DNA of 32,000 nt. Source: Candidatus Nanobsidianus stetteri. GTDB taxonomy: Archaea > Nanobdellota > Nanobdellia > Nanobdellales > Nanobdellaceae. The notes beneath the pieces are model-generated. The model searched no databases, had not been told where the DNA came from, and was given only the letters and a program-made list of their open reading frames with translations. The first letter of the stretch is position 1. Each line of letters begins with the position of its first letter. The position numbers and the translations under genes were made by a program. Below, piece by piece: positions 1 through 8,426 of the stretch. The stretch lies in the NCBI RefSeq assembly GCF_003086415.1, contig NZ_QEFP02000004.1, positions 63,962-95,961 on the forward strand, in the 5' to 3' direction.

Positions 1-317
1 TATATTGGAAAGCATTGGAAATTAATAGAACTGTAGAAAATTTCAAAGATTTATTATTTATAAAAGGTCTTGGACCTGGATTATTAAGAGCACTAGCATA
101 TACTGCAAAAATAATATATGGAAGTGAATTATCATGGAGGGATCCTATAATATATACATTCGCACATGGGACAAAGGTCGGAAAACCATATTATGTTAAA
201 AGAGCATTAATGTTAGAAGAAGCAGAATTATTAAGAAATGCAATTGAAGAAGCAAAAGTTAATAATAATTTTAAGTTAAGATCTTTGAGAAAATTAAATG
301 AATTAATAGATATATGA
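1..317 (+). CDS. C-terminal fragment of a conserved hypothetical protein (gene starts left of the window); helix-hairpin-helix-like GLGPG motif, possibly DUF763-type
   Basis: The frame of ORF 15..317 stays open back to base 3 (..YWKALEINR..), and the listed start at 15 is only a TTG. The motifs GLGPGLLRALAY and WRDPIIYTFAHGTKVGKPYYV look conserved. The family name is recalled from memory only. Confidence 0.5.
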   Translation, partial: YWKALEINRTVENFKDLLFIKGLGPGLLRALAYTAKIIYGSELSWRDPIIYTFAHGTKVGKPYYVKRALMLEEAELLRNAIEEAKVNNNFKLRSLRKLNELIDI

Positions 318-321
318 TAAA

Positions 322-330
322 TTTATAAAA
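322..330 (+). promoter_or_regulatory. TATA-box-like element (TTTATAAAA) upstream of the PDO gene
   Basis: The centre lies about 27 nt upstream of ATG 353, with no purine-rich SD in between. The same motif class recurs at a similar distance before other genes in the window. Confidence 0.45.
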
Positions 331-352
331 TAAAGATGTTATATATTATTAA

Positions 353-1057
353 ATGGCTGAGGAAATTTTAAGTGAAGAAGACAAAAAAGCATTAAAAGAA
401 ATGTTTGATAAAAGTTTAAAAAATCCGGTAGAAATAACTGTATACTTAGATGAAAAAAATAATAAGGAAACAAGTGATTTTGCAAAGAAAATTGGAGAAG
501 TATTAATGCAAATAAATGATAAGATAAAGTTTGAATTCTTAGATGCATATGATCCAAAGGTAGAAGAAGAAATGAAAAGTAAAAATTTATTAATAGATAA
601 GTATGGAAATAGGAGAGGTCCAATATTTGTATTCAAAAAATATCCTGGGATTATATATTATGGATTGCCATCTGGAGAAGAATTTCCAATATTTTTAGAA
701 GATATAATACATGTATCAAATGACCATTTTGACATAGATGGAGCTACAGCAAAGAAATTAGCATCAATAAATGAACCAATAGATATATACGTATTTGTAA
801 CCCCAACATGTCCATATTGTCCATATATGACACATCATTCCCATCAATTTGCAATGGTAAAAAATAATATTAGAGGTATAATGATAGAATCATATGAATT
901 TCCAGAATTTGCTGAAAAATTCAAAGTATATGGTGTACCACATATTGCAATAATAAATAAAGATGGAAATGTTTTAACAGAATGGGAGGGGGCTATTGGA
1001 GAAATGGAAATATTTGCTAATAAAATAAAAGAAAGTTTAGAAAAAGCTTCTAAATAA
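353..1057 (+). CDS. protein disulfide oxidoreductase (PDO, glutaredoxin-like, two thioredoxin-fold units)
   Basis: The 234-aa size is typical of archaeal and thermophile PDOs. The C-terminal unit carries TPTCPYCPY (a CPYC active site) followed by YGVPHI. The N-terminal unit has no Cys. Confidence 0.85.
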   Translation: MAEEILSEEDKKALKEMFDKSLKNPVEITVYLDEKNNKETSDFAKKIGEVLMQINDKIKFEFLDAYDPKVEEEMKSKNLLIDKYGNRRGPIFVFKKYPGIIYYGLPSGEEFPIFLEDIIHVSNDHFDIDGATAKKLASINEPIDIYVFVTPTCPYCPYMTHHSHQFAMVKNNIRGIMIESYEFPEFAEKFKVYGVPHIAIINKDGNVLTEWEGAIGEMEIFANKIKESLEKASK

Positions 1058-1096
1058 TTATATTTTTATAAATTTTAACATACATATTGGATTTTG

Positions 1097-1552
1097 ATGT
1101 TGTATAGATATAAATTATCTACTATAGAAAATGGGCCAATAACTGCAATAAGTTCTGACCTATATATTGTTAACATACCCAGAGCTTCATATCTAAATAT
1201 TGAAAATTTAGAAAACTCAGTTGAAGTAATTGGTAGCATTTATGTTCCTGAGAAGTCTTACAAAGAAATTATAGATAATTTATCTAAATATAATAAAAGA
1301 TTATCTTATTCATATGGAGTAAAGGGATCTATTGTTGACATCTATTATGGAAGATATCAAGATAATAAATTAGAAGAAAATATAAAAGGAAAACCAGTAG
1401 AAATATTACCAGATCGTGACTTAGACTTAGATAATAAAATAGAGATGATAACAAATGATTGGAATTTATATCAATTAGCAAATAACGGAAAAGGTCTTGA
1501 TATGATAGTTAAAATACCTATTTTCCAAGATTATCAAAGATTACATTTATAA
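1097..1552 (+). CDS. hypothetical protein (about 151 aa)
   Basis: This is a long ORF in an AT-rich background, with ATG at 1097 (the TTG at 1094 is listed in the track). I recognise no motif. Confidence 0.55.
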   Translation: MLYRYKLSTIENGPITAISSDLYIVNIPRASYLNIENLENSVEVIGSIYVPEKSYKEIIDNLSKYNKRLSYSYGVKGSIVDIYYGRYQDNKLEENIKGKPVEILPDRDLDLDNKIEMITNDWNLYQLANNGKGLDMIVKIPIFQDYQRLHL

Positions 1553-1574
1553 AAATTTTTGAATAAATTTTTTT

Positions 1575-2546
1575 ATGCCAATAAGTTTATCACTGGGTAA
1601 TATATCAAATGTAGAGAATTTAGATAAAGAATGGGATGTAATTATTGTTGGAGGAGGTCCCGCGGGTTATACTGCTGCATTATACTCTGGAAGATATAGA
1701 TTGAAAACATTGGTAATAACAAAAGATGTTGGAGGAACATTAAATGAGGCAAACGTTATTGATGATTATCCTGGATTGGAAAACTTTAAAGGACCCGAAA
1801 TGGGAAAATTATTTAAAAAACATGCAGAAAAATATGGGGCAAAAACATTGATAGAAAGTGTTGTTAGAATTGAAAAATTACCTGATGGAAACTTTAAAGT
1901 TCTTACAAATTTAGGTAAAGAATTTATTGCAAAAGCAGTTATAATTGCAACAGGTTCTCAAAGAAGAAAACTAGGTGTTCCTGGAGAGAATTTGAAAGGT
2001 GTATCATATTGTGCAGAATGTGATGCTCCACTTTTTAAGGATAAAATTGTTGGAGTAGTTGGAGGAGGAAATAGTGCGTTCCATGATGCTCAAGTACTTG
2101 CTCAACATGCAAAGGAAGTATATATAATTCATAGAAGAGATGAATTTAGAGCAGATCCTGTAGAAGTTGAAGAAGCAAAAAAGAATCCAAAAATTAAATT
2201 TATACTAAATAAAGTTGTAAAAGAAATAAAAGGAACAGAAAAAGTTGAAGAAGTAGTTTTACAAGATACAAAGACTGGAGAAATAAGTTCAATGAAATTG
2301 GATGGTTTATTTGTAGCAATAGGATTAGTTCCATTATCTGAAATAGTTAAAGGTTTAAATGTAAATATGGATGAAAGCGGGCATATAGTTGTAGATCAAT
2401 GTGGAAAAACAAACGTAGTAGGATTACTTGCTGCAGGGGACGTAACAACACAAATATGTAATTTAAGACAGGTTGTTACTTCAGCAGCACAAGGTGCTGT
2501 AGCTGCATATAGTGCTTTCCTATATATTAAAACAAAAAAGTGGTAA
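1575..2546 (+). CDS. trxB: thioredoxin reductase (NADPH-dependent, low-Mr type)
   Basis: It has the FAD motif GGGPAGYTAA, the redox-active CAEC (CxxC), the NADPH motifs GGGNSA and HRRDEFRA, and a C-terminal GDV..QVVTSAAQG. Confidence 0.9.
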   Translation: MPISLSLGNISNVENLDKEWDVIIVGGGPAGYTAALYSGRYRLKTLVITKDVGGTLNEANVIDDYPGLENFKGPEMGKLFKKHAEKYGAKTLIESVVRIEKLPDGNFKVLTNLGKEFIAKAVIIATGSQRRKLGVPGENLKGVSYCAECDAPLFKDKIVGVVGGGNSAFHDAQVLAQHAKEVYIIHRRDEFRADPVEVEEAKKNPKIKFILNKVVKEIKGTEKVEEVVLQDTKTGEISSMKLDGLFVAIGLVPLSEIVKGLNVNMDESGHIVVDQCGKTNVVGLLAAGDVTTQICNLRQVVTSAAQGAVAAYSAFLYIKTKKW

Positions 2547-2836
2547 AAATTGAAGATATATTAAACAAATTAAGAGAAGTAACAGATCCAGAACTTGGAT
2601 ATGATATTGTATCTTTAGGAGAAATAGAAGATGTTAAAGTAGAAAATGGGTTGTATATTATAAAATTTTTGCCTACTTCTCCTCTTTGCCCATTTATATC
2701 TGCAATTTTAGAACAAATAGATGAAAAATTGAAAGAATTAAATATATATGAAAATTCAAAGATAGAGATAGATTTTGAAAATAAATGGAGTTTAGATAGA
2801 ATAAGCCCAGAAGTAAGAAAACAATTGGGAATATAA
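2540..2836 (+). CDS. DUF59 / MIP18 / SufT-like Fe-S cluster assembly protein
   Basis: VTDPELGYDIVSLGEI and the conserved TSPLCPF motif are typical of DUF59. The GTG start overlaps the trxB stop by 7 nt. Confidence 0.8.
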   Translation: MVKIEDILNKLREVTDPELGYDIVSLGEIEDVKVENGLYIIKFLPTSPLCPFISAILEQIDEKLKELNIYENSKIEIDFENKWSLDRISPEVRKQLGI

Positions 2837-3204
2837 TGGAAAATAAGATTAAAAAAGAATTTGAAATGTTTTGTAAAATAAGTGGGGGAGAATATAGAGA
2901 AGGAACATATATAGAATGTGTAAGAGATAAATATTATATTAGATTATCTGAAGAAAATGGATTAACATTTATGGCGGGTTCAAATATAACTTCCGATTTC
3001 GAAATATTAAACATAAAAGATTGTAAAATAATTGATTGCGAAAGGCTAACAAAAAATAATGAAATGAATGAATTGGAATATTATATATTTAATATTTATT
3101 TAGATAAGGGTTTATTATCAATAAGAAGAAAAATAAAAGAAGATAAAATTATTGTATATTTAAAGACTTCAGATATTGAATATGAATCTTCAATAGTATT
3201 TTAA
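2836..3204 (+). CDS. hypothetical small protein with four Cys (C13, C28, C63, C68)
   Basis: The ATG overlaps the DUF59 stop (TAATG), which suggests translational coupling. No family was recognised. Confidence 0.55.
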   Translation: MENKIKKEFEMFCKISGGEYREGTYIECVRDKYYIRLSEENGLTFMAGSNITSDFEILNIKDCKIIDCERLTKNNEMNELEYYIFNIYLDKGLLSIRRKIKEDKIIVYLKTSDIEYESSIVF

Positions 3205-3206
3205 AA
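3199..3206 (+). promoter_or_regulatory. TATA-like element (TTTTAAAA) upstream of tRNA-Val
   Basis: The centre is about 28 nt upstream of the mature 5' end at 3231. Confidence 0.4.
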
Positions 3207-3230
3207 TTTTTACAAAAATATTAAATGAAA

Positions 3231-3303
3231 GGGACCGTGGTCTAGTGGCTATGACGCCACCCTTACAAGGTGGAGGTCCGGGGTTCAAATCCCCGCGGTC
3301 CCA
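3231..3303 (+). tRNA. tRNA-Val (anticodon UAC)
   Basis: The manual cloverleaf has acceptor GGGACCG/CGGTCCC plus discriminator A, anticodon stem CCACC/GGUGG with loop CUUACAA, and T arm CGGGG-UUCAAAU-CCCCG. CCA is not encoded and there is no intron. It is a GC-rich island in AT-rich DNA. Confidence 0.9.
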
Positions 3304-3306
3304 AAA

Positions 3307-3316
3307 TTTATAAATA
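3307..3316 (+). promoter_or_regulatory. TATA-like element (TTTATAAATA) upstream of rpoD
   Basis: The centre is about 25 nt upstream of ATG 3336. Confidence 0.4.
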
Positions 3317-3335
3317 ATTTTTATAAAAATCTTAC

Positions 3336-4109
3336 ATGCTAGAAATATCATTATTAGAAAAATCTACTGATAAATATGCAGTCGATAAAGATAAGAAAAT
3401 ATATAAGTTAAAATTATTGATAAGGGATGTAACCCCGAATTTCCTAAATGTTTTAAGAAGAGCAATCTTAGAAGAAGTAAAAACATTGGCAATTGAGGAT
3501 GTTTATATTATAGAAAACAATTCTGCAATGTGGGATGAAATGATAGCACATAGATTGGGTTTAGTTGTATTAAATACCCCTGAAAATATTAAAGAAAATG
3601 AAGAAATAAAACTTTATTTGGAAAAAAATGAAAAAGGATATATATATGGTTCTGATTTAAAGACAGATAGAAAAGATGTATATGTAGTTTATCCGGAAAC
3701 AATGATCGCATATATTGATGAAAATCAAAAAGTAAAATTAGAAGCTGTTGCAATACTTGGTAATGGAAAACAGCATGCAAAATTCATACCTGGACATGTT
3801 TATTATTATAGAACTGGAGAATTGAAATTGGAAGGAAAACTAGATGAAAAGGAATTAGAGAATTTAAAATTATTAGGAGTAGAGATAAAGAAAAATAAAG
3901 TACAGATACCAAAAGAAAAAGAATATGATAGAACCTTTTTGGATGCAATAGAAAGAGCATCAAATGAAAAAATAAAGGTTATACCGAAGGATGAATTTGT
4001 CTTTGTTATAGAATCCTTTGGTCAATATTCAGCAGAAAAATTAATACCATTGGCTATTAAAGAATTGCAAAATAAATTAAATAATTTGTTAGAATTTTTA
4101 TCTAAATAA
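3336..4109 (+). CDS. rpoD: DNA-directed RNA polymerase subunit D (Rpo3)
   Basis: LIRDVTPNFLNVLRRAILEEVKTLAIEDVYIIENNSAMWDEMIAHRLGLVVL matches the RpoD/Rpb3 dimerisation domain. No Cys cluster is present, so it appears to lack the Fe-S domain. Confidence 0.85.
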   Translation: MLEISLLEKSTDKYAVDKDKKIYKLKLLIRDVTPNFLNVLRRAILEEVKTLAIEDVYIIENNSAMWDEMIAHRLGLVVLNTPENIKENEEIKLYLEKNEKGYIYGSDLKTDRKDVYVVYPETMIAYIDENQKVKLEAVAILGNGKQHAKFIPGHVYYYRTGELKLEGKLDEKELENLKLLGVEIKKNKVQIPKEKEYDRTFLDAIERASNEKIKVIPKDEFVFVIESFGQYSAEKLIPLAIKELQNKLNNLLEFLSK

Positions 4110-4139
4110 ACTTATAAATAAATATTATATAATTTATTA

Positions 4140-4475
4140 ATGGATTGGAGAAAGGTTGTTTTAGTTTCTGTATTTTCTGTATTAGTATCTTTTTTATCGG
4201 GAATAGGAATGGCAATAGCACTATCATTACTAATATATATGTTAGTAAAAGGTATGGATAAATGCATTTTATCAAATCTAGGATTAGTATTAGAATTTGC
4301 AGGACTTCTAATATATATAATGGGAACTCTATTACAACCAGTATATTCAAATACACAATCAATAATGCAAACTGGAGTTTATCTATTAATAGGAGGTCTT
4401 GTATTATTATTAATAGGAATGCTAGTAGTTATGTTGGTTAAAAACAAGGTAAAGGAAAATATATACGAAGTATAG
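4140..4475 (+). CDS. small integral membrane protein (3-4 predicted TM helices)
   Basis: The sequence has hydrophobic stretches (VVLVSVFSVLVSFLSGIGMAIALSLLIYML, GLLIYIMGTLL, VYLLIGGLVLLLIGMLVVML). Confidence 0.6.
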   Translation: MDWRKVVLVSVFSVLVSFLSGIGMAIALSLLIYMLVKGMDKCILSNLGLVLEFAGLLIYIMGTLLQPVYSNTQSIMQTGVYLLIGGLVLLLIGMLVVMLVKNKVKENIYEV

Positions 4476-4508
4476 TCTTTTATATATTTTTTATATATAT
4501 ATTTTTGA

Positions 4509-6128
4509 ATGGATAAAAGACCTGATTATAAAATAATTGAAAAAGAAATATTAAACTTATGGAATAAAAATAAGGAAATTTTTAAATTTGATATTAATAA
4601 AGATCAAAGATATATAATAGATACTCCGCCACCATTTACTTCTGGAGAGGCACATATGGGTCATGCTCTAGAATTTATATGGATAGATTTTTTGGCTAGA
4701 TATAAAAGATTGGAAGGATACAATGTATATTTTCCTTTGGGATTTGATTGTCATGGTTTACCAACAGAATTAAAAGTTATAAATAAATTAAAGATATCTA
4801 AAGAAAATAAAGAACAATTCATAAAAGCATGTATTGATTGGACAAATAAAATGATCGAATCTATGCATAAAACATTTGAAAGATTGGGATCATCATTTGA
4901 TAGAGATAAAGTATATAAAACAATTGATAGAAAATATGAAGCATTTGTTCAATATACATTGATAAAAATGTTTAATGATGGTTTAATTGAAAGAAAAAGA
5001 TATCCAATAATGTGGTGTCCAAAATGCCAAACAGCAATTTCAATGCAAGAAGCTGGATATTTAGAAAAGGAAGGATATTTAATATATATAAAATTGCCAA
5101 CAAATAATGGAAAATATATATTAATAGCAACAACAAGACCTGAATTGATTAATTCATGTTCGTTAATATTAATTGCAAAAAACAAATATGTAGAAACTGA
5201 AAATAGTTTAATTGTATCAAAAATATATGCAGAAAAAAATAATTTAAAAATTATAAGGGAATATGATTATAAAGAATTAGAAAACTTAGAAGTTACAATT
5301 CCATTAATAAATAGAAAAGCAAAGATTATTTCTGATAATGATGTAGATTATAATTTTGGAACAGGAATTGTTTGGATATGTACATATGGGGATCCTTATG
5401 ATATAAAATGGAAAGAAAAGTATAATTTACCTGAAATAATTTCTATATCGGAAGATGGGAGAATAATATCAAGTATAAATGAAATAAATGGATTAAAAGT
5501 TGAAGAAGCAAGAGAAAAAATGAAAGAAATATTAAAGGATTATATATATAAAATAGAAAAGATAAATCATAATGTATTATCACATACTGAGAGATCTGAT
5601 TGTTTATCACCATTAGAATTCATTCCGAAAGAACAATTCTTTATAAAAATAAAAGATTTAAAGGAAAAAATATTGGAATGGCAAAAAGATATAAAAATAA
5701 TTCCTGAAAGTGAAGTAAAAAGATTAATTGATTGGATAAATAATATAGATCAGGATTGGAATATTTCTAGGACAAAAATGTTATGGGGTCTTGCATTCCC
5801 ATTTTATGAAAAAGATGGAAAAATATATCCAGTAAATATAGAAGATTTACCAATTGATCCAAGAATAGATAAAGAAAAAGTAAAAAAATATGCTGGTAAA
5901 TTCTTTGAAGATGAAACAGTCGATGTATGGATTGAATCTTCAATAACACCTTTAGCAATATTATATTATGCGTTGACAGAAAATAAAGAATTTAATCCAA
6001 AAGAATTACCAGAATTATTTGATAAAATAAAGGAATATCTACCTGTAGATTTAAGACAGCAAGGATATGAAATAATAAGAACATGGCTATTTGATACAAT
6101 TGTAAGGGTAAATTTATTAAAAAAATAA
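4509..6128 (+). CDS. valS: valyl-tRNA synthetase, N-terminal 539 codons (catalytic core and CP1); the frame is broken at an A7 tract
   Basis: It has PPPFTSGEAHMGHAL (HIGH-type motif) and an archaeal ValRS-like CP1 motif GTGIVWICTYGDPYDIKW. The ORF ends at TAA 6126..6128 immediately after the A7 run at 6119..6125. Confidence 0.85.
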   Translation: MDKRPDYKIIEKEILNLWNKNKEIFKFDINKDQRYIIDTPPPFTSGEAHMGHALEFIWIDFLARYKRLEGYNVYFPLGFDCHGLPTELKVINKLKISKENKEQFIKACIDWTNKMIESMHKTFERLGSSFDRDKVYKTIDRKYEAFVQYTLIKMFNDGLIERKRYPIMWCPKCQTAISMQEAGYLEKEGYLIYIKLPTNNGKYILIATTRPELINSCSLILIAKNKYVETENSLIVSKIYAEKNNLKIIREYDYKELENLEVTIPLINRKAKIISDNDVDYNFGTGIVWICTYGDPYDIKWKEKYNLPEIISISEDGRIISSINEINGLKVEEAREKMKEILKDYIYKIEKINHNVLSHTERSDCLSPLEFIPKEQFFIKIKDLKEKILEWQKDIKIIPESEVKRLIDWINNIDQDWNISRTKMLWGLAFPFYEKDGKIYPVNIEDLPIDPRIDKEKVKKYAGKFFEDETVDVWIESSITPLAILYYALTENKEFNPKELPELFDKIKEYLPVDLRQQGYEIIRTWLFDTIVRVNLLKK

Positions 6129-6159
6129 AAATCCATGGAAATATGCATTAATTCATGGA

Positions 6160-6744
6160 ATGGTACTAGATGAAAAGGGAAGAAAGATGTCTAAATCTTT
6201 GGGAAATGCTATAGATCCAAATGAAATAATGGATAAATATTCTCCAGATGCTTTAAGATATTGGGCTCTATTAGCTGCACCAGGTAATGATTATAGATTT
6301 AATATAAAAGATATTGAATCTGGACAGGCTTTTATAATAAAATTATGGAACATTGGTAGATATATTGAAATGAATATAAAAGAAAAGCCGGAAAAGGTTC
6401 TAGAATTAAAAGATGAAGATAGAGAAATAATAAAAATATTAGAAAAAAATATTAAAGAATCTAAAGAATATGTTGATAAATTTAGATATTCTGAATATGT
6501 AAAATTATGGAGAAAATTTGCATGGGAAGATTTTGCAAATAATTATTTAGAAAAAATAAAGGAAAGAATAAAAAATGATGATAAAACTGCAAAATATCTA
6601 TTATATACAATATATAAGATAATATTAATTATGTTACATCCAATATTACCATATATAACAGAATATATATATCAACAATTATATAAGGAAAATAAATTAA
6701 TAATCGAAAATAAAATTGATGAAATAATGAAACTTATTTTATAA
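6160..6744 (+). CDS. valS: valyl-tRNA synthetase, C-terminal part (KMSKS loop and anticodon-binding helices), in the +1 frame relative to 4509..6128
   Basis: GRKMSKSLGNAIDP and DALRYW are present. Homology in this frame already starts at 6121 (KNKNPWKYALIHGMVLDEKGRKMSKS), so the two ORFs form one gene. Confidence 0.85.
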   Translation: MVLDEKGRKMSKSLGNAIDPNEIMDKYSPDALRYWALLAAPGNDYRFNIKDIESGQAFIIKLWNIGRYIEMNIKEKPEKVLELKDEDREIIKILEKNIKESKEYVDKFRYSEYVKLWRKFAWEDFANNYLEKIKERIKNDDKTAKYLLYTIYKIILIMLHPILPYITEYIYQQLYKENKLIIENKIDEIMKLIL

Positions 6745-6801
6745 AGGATAGAATTAAAGATAATATTATGAGGAGATGTTGAATTATGGTTAAAGCAATC
6801 T

Positions 6802-7128
6802 TTGGAAGATTTAGATACAGCAAAAGTATTATTAAATAATAATAAATATTATGCTTCTGCATTTTATTCACATCAAGCAGCAGAAAAATGTTTGGAAGCC
6901 TTATTATTATATTTTGGAAAGTATGTAAAAACCTATGACTTAAGTAAAATGCTTGATATAATTAAAGAAGAAGTAAATTTAAATGTTGAAGAAATAAGAG
7001 AAGAAGCATTAAAATTAAATCCAAATTATACTATTTCTAGATATCTAGACACAGCAAACAGTTTACCATATTTATTATATGATAAAAATGATGCTAGAGA
7101 GTATTTAAATATGGCTGAAAAATGTTAA
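6802..7128 (+). CDS. HEPN domain protein (PF05168-like) of a decaying HEPN-MNT pair
   Basis: LEDLDTAKVLLNNNKYYASAFYSHQAAEKCLEALLL and ISRYLD are typical of HEPN. The frame is open from 6772 (..ELWLKQS..) but offers only a TTG start at 6802 and no ATG. Confidence 0.65.
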   Translation: MEDLDTAKVLLNNNKYYASAFYSHQAAEKCLEALLLYFGKYVKTYDLSKMLDIIKEEVNLNVEEIREEALKLNPNYTISRYLDTANSLPYLLYDKNDAREYLNMAEKC

Positions 7129-7149
7129 TTGAGTTAAGAAATTTATTAA

Positions 7150-7505
7150 ATGAAGGCAAAATCTGCTATTGAAAGTCAGAAAGATCTATTAAAAAAGGCT
7201 ATAGAAGTAGTAAATAATATAAAAAAGAAATTAATATAATTGATGTTTATGTTGTAGGTTCTAGAGCTAGAGGAGATTATTTAGATACAAGTGATTTAGA
7301 TTTAGTGATAATATCTGATGACTTTAAAAATTTAAGATATATAGAAAGGTTAGAAAAACTATATAAATATTCTAAAGGGGATATTGAATTTTTTGCATTT
7401 ACAAAAGAAGAATGAGATAATCCAAAAAGTTTATTTATAATTAATATGAAAAAAGAAGCAAAAAGATTAGAAGATTTAGCAAAATCTTATGAAATAAATT
7501 TTTAA
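7150..7505 (+). pseudogene. minimal nucleotidyltransferase (MNT) pseudogene with one frameshift and one in-frame TGA
   Basis: My own translation gives MKAKSAIESQKDLLKKAIEVVNNIKKKLI* in frame 1. The -1 frame then reads (Y)KKEINIIDVYVVGSRARGDYLDTSDLDLVIISDD...FAFTKEE*DNPKS...EINF*. The GSxxxGDYxxxSDLD motif identifies the MNT fold. The shift lies in the A6 run at about 7220..7225 and the TGA is at 7413..7415, where a Trp codon would be expected. Confidence 0.7.
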
Positions 7506-7757
7506 ATTATTAAAAATAAACTAAAGGGATATATTTTTTTACTATTATTTATAATTCTTTCTCCACAATAATTTTTTGTAACAATTATAGAAAATTTACT
7601 ATAATATCCTCCAAACTTTATATATTCATTTAAATACCAGAATTTTATTATCCTCTCAAAAATTATGTAAATAATAGGATCTTCATAATATCGTAACTAC
7701 TATTTTATAATAGATGATAACAATATATTTAAAAATTTTTCTAATAGTTGATATATT

Positions 7758-8426
7758 ATGGAAGATAAATATGATCCTAAAGAAATTATAAAAAATAGCT
7801 ACAAGTATCTTAATCAAACAATAGAAGAGGCTTGGAATGTATTAAGCAAAAATGCTCCAGCAACGCTAAGATCATTAGATTCTTTAATTAAATTTATGAA
7901 GAAAAAGACTGTATCCTATAACAATGCTTTATTTAATTATGTAGAAGCAAAAAGCTGGATAGATGAAAAACATAATAAGAATGAATATTATGCAGATCGA
8001 ATTCTATGGTATATTCTTGATAACTACTTCATGGCTGGTATGGTAAAAGGTATTAGCGAATATGCAAAAAAATTGGATCCCAAAGAATCAGATTATTACA
8101 AAAAAGTCAATCATATAACAGGTTTTATAAATTATTTAATAGATCTAGGAGAGTTTTCTACAATTTATGCAGCCTTTACAGAAAAGACTACTGAGGAATT
8201 AAAAAGTAAAGGAAAGAAGTCTCTTAAAGATTACAATAATGCACTCCAAAAAATGTCTGACTACCTCGCAAATATAGTAGAAAATCTATTAGAAGATCCA
8301 ATAAAAAATAGAAAACAATTCTATAAAAGTCTGGAAACTAGAAGTAATTATATAAGTAAATTGATCGAACTTTTATATGAAGCATCCAAAAAAATCAAAA
8401 ATATATTTTATCATAGATATAATTAA
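7758..8426 (+). CDS. hypothetical alpha-helical protein (222 aa), orphan
   Basis: The ORF is clean, with a TATA-like ATATATTTAAAAAT about 30 nt upstream. No motif was recognised. Its composition is less AT-skewed than the neighbouring genes. Confidence 0.6.
   Translation: MEDKYDPKEIIKNSYKYLNQTIEEAWNVLSKNAPATLRSLDSLIKFMKKKTVSYNNALFNYVEAKSWIDEKHNKNEYYADRILWYILDNYFMAGMVKGISEYAKKLDPKESDYYKKVNHITGFINYLIDLGEFSTIYAAFTEKTTEELKSKGKKSLKDYNNALQKMSDYLANIVENLLEDPIKNRKQFYKSLETRSNYISKLIELLYEASKKIKNIFYHRYN

Noticed and set aside
339-636. Antisense ORFs inside the PDO gene. The same class occurs at 3589..3780, 4102..4362, 4949..5185, 5767..5958, 5966..6148, 9661..10103, 12109..12579, 12682..12879, 13713..13919, 15083..15280, 15992..16573, 23416..23655, 24182..24448 and 25821..26006.
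   Set aside because: All lie within or antisense to well-supported genes. Their translations are low-complexity F/L/I/Y/S strings typical of the off-frames of AT-rich coding DNA. None has a conserved motif or a promoter-like context.
7413-7415. The idea that TGA is recoded as Trp, because the in-frame TGA sits where a Trp is expected in the MNT gene
   Set aside because: Long conserved genes such as LeuRS, the ATPase and TrxR read through with TGG for Trp and contain no internal TGA. Several genes terminate at TGA. The MNT also carries a frameshift, so ordinary pseudogenisation explains it.
7520-7715. An open frame of about 65 codons on the minus strand in the spacer (..YEDPIIYIIFERIIKFWYLNEYIKFGGYYSKFSIIVTKNYCGERIINNS..)
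   Set aside because: It has no ATG, GTG or TTG start and no recognisable motif. A rough estimate says stop-free runs of this length occur by chance several times in 32 kb even at this composition. It could be a gene remnant, but I cannot support that.
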